DNA of 63,181 bases, filler included, from Octopus bimaculoides (Eukaryota), in NCBI RefSeq assembly GCF_001194135.2. It is 5 parts of 5 records of this genome, joined end to end, with 100 filler letters (N's around TTAATTAATTAA, not from the genome) between each part and the next. Parts side by side here need not be neighbours in the genome. Positions count along the whole stretch, not along the records: positions 25,851 to 54,290 come from NC_068987.1; positions 54,391 to 58,898 come from NW_026396355.1; positions 58,999 to 61,512 come from NC_069007.1; positions 61,613 to 63,181 come from NC_068986.1; 1 more part is not named here. The stretch is one strand, 5' to 3'. Shown in pieces: positions 53,347 through 63,181 of the stretch; within the stretch, counting starts at the first letter, position 1, and every line of letters begins with the position of its first letter. A program made the translations under genes and the position numbers. A model generated the notes under the pieces. The model searched no databases. It saw nothing but the letters and a program-made list of their open reading frames with translations, and had not been told where the DNA came from.

Positions 53347-53996
53347 GTAAGCCGAAAGCATATTTATCTGAAACTAATAGTGATGTTGGCATAACACTGT
53401 TTGCGTCTTCGGGCTAAACAGGAAAATTTCCAAAAATTTGTCTGTTTTTCATTTGTCAGTTTGGTTTAAGGAAATAATACACGGTTGGAAGGAAAACTAT
53501 TTCAAATTTAAGAGCTGACATTAAAATGCAAGCAGCTTAATAACAAACGGCGGAAGCAGGAAACTACGTTATAACGTCAACATTATACTAAACTTCTCTG
53601 CACGGCCACAGCATCAAAGTCGCACAAATTCTTCTAGCTCGCTGTTGCCTCGAAACGGTTTCGATTTTCATTTGAAGAAATGTTTGCTAATTAAATCTTT
53701 TAGAAAACGAATAAACATGGTACCATCGTGATCTTTATCCTGATAACTGTGCCTCAGTAAAATATATAAATTTTTACGTTCACACATTAATAAAATAAGA
53801 GATAGGTATGAACTTGTATTTATGCGATTCTCAGTTGTATACTTCCAACACGGATCCCGCTGCGAGGCAGCTTGACAAGCGTTGAATGTATGTACGTTTG
53901 TATGTTTGTGTATACTCTTAATTTTAAATGTAGATTTTCAAAATATAGATTTTCAAAAGCGTCTAAAATTTAACAATAGGTATACGAAAAGTCGAA

Positions 53997-54051
<55 letters not shown>

Positions 54052-54053
<2 letters not shown>

Positions 54054-54290
54054 GTTTGTGCGGCGCGCTTTCCCGCAGCTCGTCTCCATGACCGAACTGC
54101 AGTCGTGGATCAAGAAGAGGCTGAGGAAGGGCGAATGGCACCGCGAGTGTCGCGTTGCTCTCCGGCAACTCCAACAACCCGGGTCAACCTTGAGCGACTG
54201 CATCACAACTAACACATTCCCTAGTGGATTAGTGGAGGGAAGGTACGACGACGATCTCGGGACGAACCTGGGCGTCGACGAGGAATACCT
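54052..54290 (+). mobile_element. GC-rich, apparently young L1/Tx1-like ORF2 fragment running into gap
   Basis: uninterrupted FVRRAFPQLVSMTELQSWIKKRLRKGEWHRECRVALRQL...GLVEGRYDDDLGTNLGVDEEY; overlaps 22105 fragment in motif (LGTNLGVDEEY ~ GDTLGFDRNH). Confidence 0.65.
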
Positions 54291-54395
54291 NNNNNNNNNN
54301 NNNNNNNNNNNNNNNNNNNNNNNNNNNNNNNNNNTTAATTAATTAANNNNNNNNNNNNNNNNNNNNNNNNNNNNNNNNNNNNNNNNNNNNATATA

Positions 54396-54428
<33 letters not shown>

Positions 54429-54511
54429 GTGTGTGTGTATCTTAGTATCTATATATAAGTATATATATTTACGTATGTGTGTATTTTTGTCCCCCCATCA
54501 TCGCTTGACAG

Positions 54512-54624
54512 CTTCTTATTTCTGTATTGTCCCACAAGGGGCTAAACATAGAGGGGACAAACAAGGAGAGACAAAGAGATTAAGTCGATTACATCGACCG
54601 CAGTGCGTAACTGGTACTTAATTT
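54512..54624 (-). mobile_element. 5'-truncated SINE family B inserted into a family A fragment with 12-bp target-site duplication
   Basis: atcgcttgacag at 54500-54511 and 54625-54636. Confidence 0.75.
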
Positions 54625-55410
54625 ATCGCTTGACAGTTTCTATTTTGTGGATTTTTACCTTTCACAGAGGGTTTTTGAACCTAACAACCATGATAGTCAA
54701 GGGATTACTGTATATATATATATATATATATAAACATATATATGATCATATACATAAACGCGTGTGTACATGCGTGTGTGTGCCCCCGCCATCACCACTT
54801 GACAACTGGTGTTTGTATGTTTATGTCCCCATAACTTAGTGGTTCAGCAAAAGCGTGTGATAGAATAAGGACTAGGCTTAAAAAATAAGTCTTGGGGGTC
54901 GATTTGTTTAACTAAAACCCCTCGAGGCAGTGCTCCAGCATGGCCACAGTCAAATGATTGCAACAAGTAAAAGAATATAAAAGAAAATATATATGTATTA
55001 CTCTTTATTGTACACAGTATTATGGAGCCATTTCAGCCGATCTTACCAATTAGCTTCATACATGAACGAGGTAGTAGTGTGAGGTTGAGGTGAAAAAAAG
55101 GGAAGGTAAAGAAATAAAGAGGGAAGGTTTTAAGCACAAAATTCCTTATTACCAAATTTTCAGGACTTACACCAGAAATACTCACCCTTTAATGAAGACA
55201 GATTTTGTTACTGAAAAAACGAAAATTAGTTCATCATCCGTACAGAAATGTCAATTAGGGAGAAGTGAAGTTGTTAAATTAAAGTATTAGGGCATGGTGG
55301 GTGTGGGTGGATTGACAAAGATGTGAAGGGAGCAGACAAGGAGACAGTGAAACCTGTTGGTAACCAACGTGACGGGGTTGGCTGCTCATATGCTTACCCA
55401 CCATGAGAGA

Positions 55411-55698
55411 CATCATCATCATCATCGTCTTTTAACGTCCGCTTTCCATACTAGCATGGGTTGGACGATTTGACTGAGGACTGGTGAAACCGGATGGCTA
55501 CACCAGGCTCCAATCTGATTTGGCAGAGTTTCTACAGCTGGATGCCCTTCCTAACGCCAACCAGTCAGAGAGTGTAGTGGGTGCTTTTACATGTCACCCG
55601 CACGAAGGCCAGTCGGGCGGTACTGGCAACGGCCATGCTCAAAATGGTGTATTTTATGTGCCACCCACACAAGAGCCAGTCCAGGGGCACTGGCAACG
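55411..55698 (-). mobile_element. RTE-tail-type short element (copy 1)
   Basis: (cat)n tail, tttaacgtccgctttccat, ggatgcccttcctaacgccaac RTE-type motif. Confidence 0.8.
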
Positions 55699-56578
55699 NN
55701 NNNNNNNNNNNNNNNNNNNNNNNNNNNNNNNNNNNNNNNNNNNNNNNNNNNNNNNNNNNNNNNNNNNNNNNNNNNNNNNNNNNNNNNNNNNNNNNNNNNN
55801 NNNNNNNNNNNNNNNNNNNNNNNNNNNNNNNNNNNNNNNNNNNNNNNNNNNNNNNNNNNNNNNNNNNNNNNNNNNNNNNNNNNNNNNNNNNNNNNNNNNN
55901 NNNNNNNNNNNNNNNNNNNNNNNNNNNNNNNNNNNNNNNNNNNNNNNNNNNNNNNNNNNNNNNNNNNNNNNNNNNNNNNNNNNNNNNNNNNNNNNNNNNN
56001 NNNNNNNNNNNNNNNNNNNNNNNNNNNNNNNNNNNNNNNNNNNNNNNNNNNNNNNNNNNNNNNNNNNNNNNNNNNNNNNNNNNNNNNNNNNNNNNNNNNN
56101 NNNNNNNNNNNNNNNNNNNNNNNNNNNNNNNNNNNNNNNNNNNNNNNNNNNNNNNNNNNNNNNNNNNNNNNNNNNNNNNNNNNNNNNNNNNNNNNNNNNN
56201 NNNNNNNNNNNNNNNNNNNNNNNNNNNNNNNNNNNNNNNNNNNNNNNNNNNNNNNNNNNNNNNNNNNNNNNNNNNNNNNNNNNNNNNNNNNNNNNNNNNN
56301 NNNNNNNNNNNNNNNNNNNNNNNNNNNNNNNNNNNNNNNNNNNNNNNNNNNNNNNNNNNNNNNNNNNNNNNNNNNNNNNNNNNNNNNNNNNNNNNNNNNN
56401 NNNNNNNNNNNNNNNNNNNNNNNNNNNNNNNNNNNNNNNNNNNNNNNNNNNNNNNNNNNNNNNNNNNNNNNNNNNNNNNNNNNNNNNNNNNNNNNNNNNN
56501 NNNNNNNNNNNNNNNNNNNNNNNNNNNNNNNNNNNNNNNNNNNNNNNNNNNNNNNNNNNNNNNNNNNNNNNNNNNNNN

Positions 56579-56652
<74 letters not shown>

Positions 56653-57093
56653 GAAAGAGAGAGATAGAGAGAGATAGATGGCATATACTGACCAAGAAGT
56701 GAAGCAAGAATAGGTCCATCCACTGGATCAACAATGAGAGCATCAGGTTCATAATATTTACTGCAAAATAAAACAAAACAAATTATTGGACATTTAACAT
56801 TATTGGTCATTTACAGTATTAAATATATTAGTTAATTAACACCCCTGTAACATTGTTGGCACTCCGTCATCTATGACAAAATTAACTACTTGGGCAAACA
56901 ACAATGAGCAACCCACACATTTAATATTGCACTGTGTCGTGCTTCTTCCCACATTTCCCATTGCGACATGGTTAATCAAAATACAATTATAATAAGTTAA
57001 AGAAGTGATTTTAAATTCTCAATCGCAGAATAATGCTAATAATATAGCCTGGACAGGATAAACTATCACTATTTTGCAGAGAAAAGTGTAGGT

Positions 57094-57167
57094 GGCTAGC
57101 TGTAGACTCGAACTCACATCCCCATGATTACATGTCACGATGCTTTGACTGATTAAGCTAAGCTACC
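57094..57167 (-). pseudogene. tRNA-Thr(UGU)-like pseudogene
   Basis: D stem gctt/aagc, anticodon arm cgtga-catgtaa-tcatg, gagttcgagt T loop, downstream TTTT; 1-nt T-stem deletion, A at position 33. Confidence 0.6.
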
Positions 57168-58044
57168 CACTACAAATTCCTCTGCAAATTAAGATATATA
57201 AATCTCGCTTTATGAGACGCTCTCATATGTTAAATTCAAATTACGACAAACATAAATAAACAAACGAAGTTTGCTTTTAGAAGCGTTGAGCTGTCTTTTA
57301 GAAAGTTAAAGAAGNNNNNNNNNNNNNNNNNNNNNNNNNNNNNNNNNNNNNNNNNNNNNNNNNNNNNNNNNNNNNNNNNNNNNNNNNNNNNNNNNNNNNN
57401 NNNNNNNNNNNNNNNNNNNNNNNNNNNNNNNNNNNNNNNNNNNNNNNNNNNNNNNNNNNNNNNNNNNNNNNNNNNNNNNNNNNNNNNNNNNNNNNNNNNN
57501 NNNNNNNNNNNNNNNNNNNNNNNNNNNNNNNNNNNNNNNNNNNNNNNNNNNNNNNNNNNNNNNNNNNNNNNNNNNNNNNNNNNNNNNNNNNNNNNNNNNN
57601 NNNNNNNNNNNNNNNNNNNNNNNNNNNNNNNNNNNNNNNNNNNNNNNNNNNNNNNNNNNNNNNNNNNNNNNNNNNNNNNNNNNNNNNNNNNNNNNNNNNN
57701 NNNNNNNNNNNNNNNNNNNNNNNNNNNNNNNNNNNNNNNNNNNNNNNNNNNNNNNNNNNNNNNNNNNNNNNNNNNNNNNNNNNNNNNNNNNNNNNNNNNN
57801 NNNNNNNNNNNNNNNNNNNNNNNNNNNNNNNNNNNNNNNNNNNNNNNNNNNNNNNNNNNNNNNNNNNNNNNNNNNNNNNNNNNNNGAATAATGCTAATAA
57901 TATAGCCTGAACAAGATAAACTACCCCTATTTTGCAGAGAAAAGTGTAGGTGGCTAGCACATTTGTCGTAATTTGAATTTAACATATGAGAGCGTCTCAT
58001 AAAGCGAGATTTATGTATCTTAATTTGCAGAGGAATTTGTAGTA

Positions 58045-58118
58045 GGTAGCATAGCTTAATCGGTCAAAGCATCGTGACATGTAATCACGGGGATGTGAGT
58101 TCGAGTCCACAGCTTGCC
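58045..58118 (+). pseudogene. tRNA-Thr(UGU)-like pseudogene
   Basis: GCUU/AAGC D stem, CGUGA-CAUGUAA-UCACG anticodon arm, GUGAG-UUCGAGU-CCAC T arm, TTTT shortly downstream. Confidence 0.6.
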
Positions 58119-58556
58119 ACCTACACTTTTCTCTGCAAAAGAGGGATAGTTTATCCTGTTCAGGCTATATTATTAGCATTATTCCGCGATTGAGAATTTA
58201 AAATCACTTCTTTAACTTTCTAAAGACATCTCAACGCTTCTAAAAGCAAACTTCGTTTGTTTATTTACGTTTGTCGTAATTTGAATTTAACAATTATAAT
58301 AATTACACAGAAACGAAACAGTGTTTAATAGTAAACAGAGCCGACTTACCTGCTGTTTTGCACAAGAAAATCAAGTATTTTGGCTAAATGTTTTTCAAAT
58401 ATAGAAATCCTAAGCCATAAATACTTGGGATTGTAGGAAGGAAGAGTTTTCTTTGGTTGTACTTTCCCACTATCCAGAGATTTTCTGAAAAGGCAAATTC
58501 ATATGTCAGATTTCAACAATAAACTGTTACATATACATACATACACAATTACATTT

Positions 58557-58895
58557 CATCATCATCATCAGCATCGTTTAGCGTCCACTTTCCATGCTAA
58601 CATGGGTTGGACGATTTGACTGAGGACTGGTGAAACCAGATGGCTACACCAGGCTCCAATCTGATTTGGCAGAGTTTCTACAGCTGGATGCCCTTCCTAA
58701 CGCCAACCACTCAGAGAGTGTAGTGGGTGCTTTTTACGTGCCACCGGCATGAAGGCCAGTCAGGCGGTAGTGGCAACGACCACGCTCAAGATGGTGTATT
58801 TTATGTGCCACCTGCACAAGAGCCAGTCCAGGAGCACTGGCAACGAATTCGCTCGAAAATCCTACAAAGGCCAGTCAGGCGGAACAGTGATATAT
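58557..58895 (-). mobile_element. RTE-tail-type short element (copy 2)
   Basis: highly similar to 55411-55698. Confidence 0.8.
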
Positions 58896-58998
58896 CTTNN
58901 NNNNNNNNNNNNNNNNNNNNNNNNNNNNNNNNNNNNNNNNNNTTAATTAATTAANNNNNNNNNNNNNNNNNNNNNNNNNNNNNNNNNNNNNNNNNNNN

Positions 58999-59373
58999 TG
59001 GCACTTTGTCGCTTACGTCGTCGAGGGTTCCAGTTGATCCGATCAACGGAACAGCCTGCTCGTGAAATTAACGTGCAAGTGGCTGAGCACTCCACAGACA
59101 CGTGTACCCTTAACGTAGTTCTCGGGGATATTCAGCGTGACACAGAGTGTGACAAGGCTGGCCCCTTGAAATACAGGTACAACAGAAATAGGAAGAGTGA
59201 GAGAAAGTTGTGGTGAAAGAGTACAGCAGGGTTCGCCACCATCCCCTGCCGGAGCCTCGTGGAGCTTTAGGTGTTTTCGCTCAATAAACACTCACAACGC
59301 CCGGTCTGGGAATCGAAGCAGTGATCCTATGACCGCGAGTCCGGTGCCCTAACCTCTGGGCCATTGCACCTCC
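58999..59373 (-). mobile_element. SINE family C, near full length
   Basis: head ggaggtgcaatggcccagaggttaggg; body gtgtcacgctgaatatccccgagaactacgttaagggtacacgtg. Confidence 0.9.
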
Positions 59374-59590
59374 ACTACAGACACAAATACACATACACAC
59401 AAATATATATGTGTGTATGTGAGGCACATACATTTGATCTCTGTAAACAATTAATTCGTGCCGGTCGTTCGGCAAAAGCTGAACATTAATACGTCGTCCT
59501 CGACGGGAGAGTCCATCATTATTATTTTATTATATGTCTGAATGTATCTATAAACACATAATTTATTATATACATACATTATGTATGTGC

Positions 59591-59646
<56 letters not shown>

Positions 59647-60289
59647 TCATACATACATGCATATACACACACACACACACACGCATACTTATACAGCCAC
59701 CAAGCCCAAGAAGTAGAAACGCTATTAAAGTACAAAGCCACGCCGCTGCGCTCTCCCAAATCAGTTCCTGTATGTATCGCTTTGACAGAATTAATAGCTC
59801 CTGTGTATTCGAAATTCCCCCTGCAGACATTTGCAAACTTTACAAATTGAAACTTATACCATGAACCAATCCAATATAATAACCAGCAAGCCAACCAAGC
59901 CAACGGGTTTTGAAACTAATATCCACTCATTTGATAAATCAATATATTTTATTGTGTATATGTCAGCAACTTTAAAAATTATTCTTAACGATCTATAAAA
60001 TAAAATAAAAGTAAAACTGATCGTTATCATTTTGTTCGAAATATAAAATGCTAGTAGTGACTTCAGTCCTGACCTGACTTCGAGTTAATTAGTATGCAAC
60101 GGCATTAACAAGAAAGTAGGGTGGTATATAGATTGACAATGTAACTTATTGGACGAGGACTGAATAATAATTTTTTTTTTTTTCCTTTTATTGTCACACG
60201 TACTGTTTATCCGGTTCCTGCCACAAACCGTTTCAAATGAAATCCAGCCGGCCATCGATCCTTCCAATTAGTTAAATCTCTATCACGTT

Positions 60290-60810
60290 ATGCGAAGGCG
60301 CATGGTTTCTTAGTGATTGGGATATTCGGGATCATCATAAAGTCATAAATTCGATTCTCAGAGACGCGTTGATACCTTGAACAAGAGACTTGACTTCTCG
60401 TTGCCCAAGTTCACTCAGCTGTCAAAAATGAGTTGCACCTGTATTTCAAAGGACCAACCTTGTCACACTATGTGTCACGCGGAATATCCTTGAGAACTAC
60501 GTTAAGGGTACGCGTGTCTATGGCACTTGCACATTAATTTAATAACCATCGTGATTATAATTGACGGAGTGCACTTTTATTATTATTTTTTTTTTCTCAT
60601 TGCTCCAGTCCACTCATCTGGCAGAAATTAGTTATACCAGTAATTCAAACGGCCAGCCTTGCCACATTCTGTGTCACGCTGAATATCCCTGAGAACTACG
60701 TTAAGGGTACACGTGTCTGTGGAATGCTCAGCCACTTGCAAGTTAATTTCACGAGCAAGATTGTTCGGTTGATAATACTATGTGGAACACTCGTCGTGGT
60801 AACCGACCAA
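60290..60810 (+). mobile_element. two adjacent SINE (D-core / C-tail) copies
   Basis: ccag/agttcactca.ctg..aaaatgag and gagaactacgttaagggtac repeated. Confidence 0.75.
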
Positions 60811-61032
60811 GAGCCTGGCCACTAAACGCGTTCGTTTTCTTACCATTCTTTATTCTGTTAGATATTATAAGCTCCCAGTCTCTCTGATTATTTCCTCCTC
60901 TCTCTATCTCTTTCCCTCTCATTCTGTCAATCTCTTTTCTTCTTCCTCTGTCTCTCGCTTCCTCTTAGAAATGAGAGTACTCAGTGTTAAGTTGGTAGAA
61001 CGAATGCGTGTGTGTCTGTGTGTCTGTGACGG

Positions 61033-61087
<55 letters not shown>

Positions 61088-61098
61088 CATACATGCAT

Positions 61099-61138
<40 letters not shown>

Positions 61139-61612
61139 ACACATGTACCAACATAGAGACGGTGTCGTGAAATTACGGAATACATGTAGTTATACGTGCT
61201 TGTAACAGTAATGGTTACTCTCGTTTAAATTGTGGCCCATTTATCATGAGAACACTCCGTATCTTTACTATAAATATACAAGGGGTATCGACGATTTCTT
61301 TAGAGTTAAATCAGTTCCAATTATCCTTCATCTTTATCCCCCCCCCCCACCAACCTGAGTCTCAGCATTTAAATCAGAAGTGTTTTGTAATTTCATATTG
61401 CCATGGGGTAATTTTGAAAGTCATAGAGAAAAATTCAAATTGAAAAGAAGTGTTCATTGTTTTAGTAATTTTTTTTTTTATGAAAAGAAAACGAAAAGGC
61501 ATATTTTTTTTCNNNNNNNNNNNNNNNNNNNNNNNNNNNNNNNNNNNNNNNNNNNNTTAATTAATTAANNNNNNNNNNNNNNNNNNNNNNNNNNNNNNNN
61601 NNNNNNNNNNNN

Positions 61613-61648
<36 letters not shown>

Positions 61649-61907
61649 GCATTACATAAATAGCATATACGCACACACATACATATATATGTGTGAGTTT
61701 CGGTGTGCTTTCTGCTTGTGTGTGCGTGCGTGTGTGTTTATGCGGTTCTTGTGCTTGACTGTACACATGTATATGTTTATGCGTGTACGTGTGTATCTAT
61801 GTGGGTGGGTAGGTAGGTAGGTAATTAAACTGATAGAGACTTTCATAAATTATTTGCAGTATGACTATTTAATATAATTTATTAGAAATATATTTTTAAA
61901 AAGCCAT

Positions 61908-62404
61908 GGCGCGGGTGTGGCTGTGTGGTAAGAAAGTTGCTTCCCAGCCACAAAGTACCGGGTTCAGTCTCATTGCGTAGCACCTTGAGCAAGTATCTTG
62001 TAGAAGAGACTTGGGCCCACAAAAGCCTTGTGAGTGGATTTGGTAGAGTGAAGCTGAAAGAAGCCCGTCGTATATATACACACATACATATGTGTGTGTA
62101 TGTGTGTTTGTGTGTGTGTGTGTGTGTAAGAATGTATGTATGTATGTATGTATGTATGTATGTATGTATGTATGCGCATGTGTGTGTGTGTGACTTTGTG
62201 TCTATGTTTGTCTCCGTATCATCACACGACAACCGATTTAGGTGTGTTTACGTCCCCGTACCTTAACAGTTCGGCAGAACAGAACGATAGAATACTTACT
62301 AGGCTTACAAAGAATAAGTCCTCGGGTCGATAGCTTCGACTAAAAGCACTTTAAGGCGGTGCGCCAGCATGGCTGTAATCAAAATGACTGAACAAGTAAA
62401 AGAA
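61908..62404 (+). mobile_element. SINE family A, full length
   Basis: head, ccttgagcaagt core, internal (TG)/(TATG)n, tail. Confidence 0.9.
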
Positions 62405-63181
62405 TGTATTGTGTGCATTTCTGATTGTGTAACATGACCAAGAAAAGTGATTACATTATATTTGCCTTGACAGTTAGCAACTTATCAAATATGCCTTTAC
62501 AAATCGAAAAGTATATAAGTGTAAAATTAATAACATGAATTTAAAACTGGTGTAAAAACGTCTGCTTTGCAGGGGAGATAATTTGCATTAAATATACACA
62601 GAGTTATTTCCCGTGAACGTTATTTAAAGCCGCGGTTGTTTGCTATTTTTCATACGCTAAAATGGTGTATAACCATATAATATTATTTATTTATTTATCT
62701 ATTCGAGTATTGATTTATTTATGTATTTATGTATATATGCATGTACGCATGTATCTATGTGTGTATGTATGTATGTATGTATGTATGTTTGCATATGTGT
62801 GTGCGTGTATTCTATCTGTCTATCTATCTTTCTATCTATTTATCTATCTGTCTTCCTCCATCTTTCTATCTATACCTCTGTCCTGGCCTCTACTTCACTG
62901 CTATACCCTTCTGTCCCTTCCTCCCTCCACCATCCTCTCTTCTCTCGTGTGACCTGTGGTCAACTTTCTTTTCACTCCAGCCGCTGTGAAGGCAAGACGA
63001 ACTACTAGCGTTCTACCTCAGATTTGCGTTTGGCCGTACGGCTTTTGAATGTTGTTTTCACTGTCCATTTTTTCCTGTCTTGGTTTGTGTTTGCCACCTT
63101 GGAATCCTCTGTGTAGTGGGTTGATCCACTACTCAGGAAGAGACTATTCTAGAGTACGTTCTGTCTTATCTTCGAAACGTC

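Larger units (their letters stand above)
56990..58292. repeat. 309-bp tandem array with an orientation switch; each unit carries a tRNA-like gene
   Basis: agttaaagaag at 56995 and 57304; tttgtcgtaatttgaatttaac at ~57962 and ~58270; minus units 56990-57958 (partly in gap), plus unit 57960-58292. Confidence 0.85.

Noticed and set aside
1383-63008. Most ORFs in the supplied track (YIYI, HTHT, VCVC, LSIY, poly-X)
   Set aside because: Translations of microsatellites, SINEs or N gaps.

Overview
AT-rich, repeat-saturated animal genomic DNA with many N gaps. The SINE, LINE and microsatellite content looks like a cephalopod (Octopus-type) draft scaffold; this is inferred from repeat character, not from a search. 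I recognise no complete protein-coding gene, rRNA or CRISPR array, and nearly all track ORFs are translated microsatellites. Supported content: many tRNA-derived SINE copies (families A-D are my working labels), decayed LINE fragments (RTE, CR1-like, L1/Tx1-like, Penelope-like), a MITE, hairpins, and a few low-confidence spliced-exon candidates on both strands. Most interesting: (1) a tRNA-headed short element carrying a minimal hammerhead-ribozyme motif, with an inverted second ribozyme arm (41.5-42.0 kb; third copy at 15.3 kb) and an apparent A-to-G excess; (2) a 309-bp tandem and inverted array of tRNA-Thr(UGU)-like units with complementary leader and trailer (57.0-58.3 kb); (3) an 88-nt near-perfect hairpin (683-770); (4) a diverged local duplication (11.6/14.4 kb); (5) reciprocal head-head and tail-tail SINE halves compatible with a ~25 kb inversion. 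All translations and alignments were done by eye and need computational confirmation.
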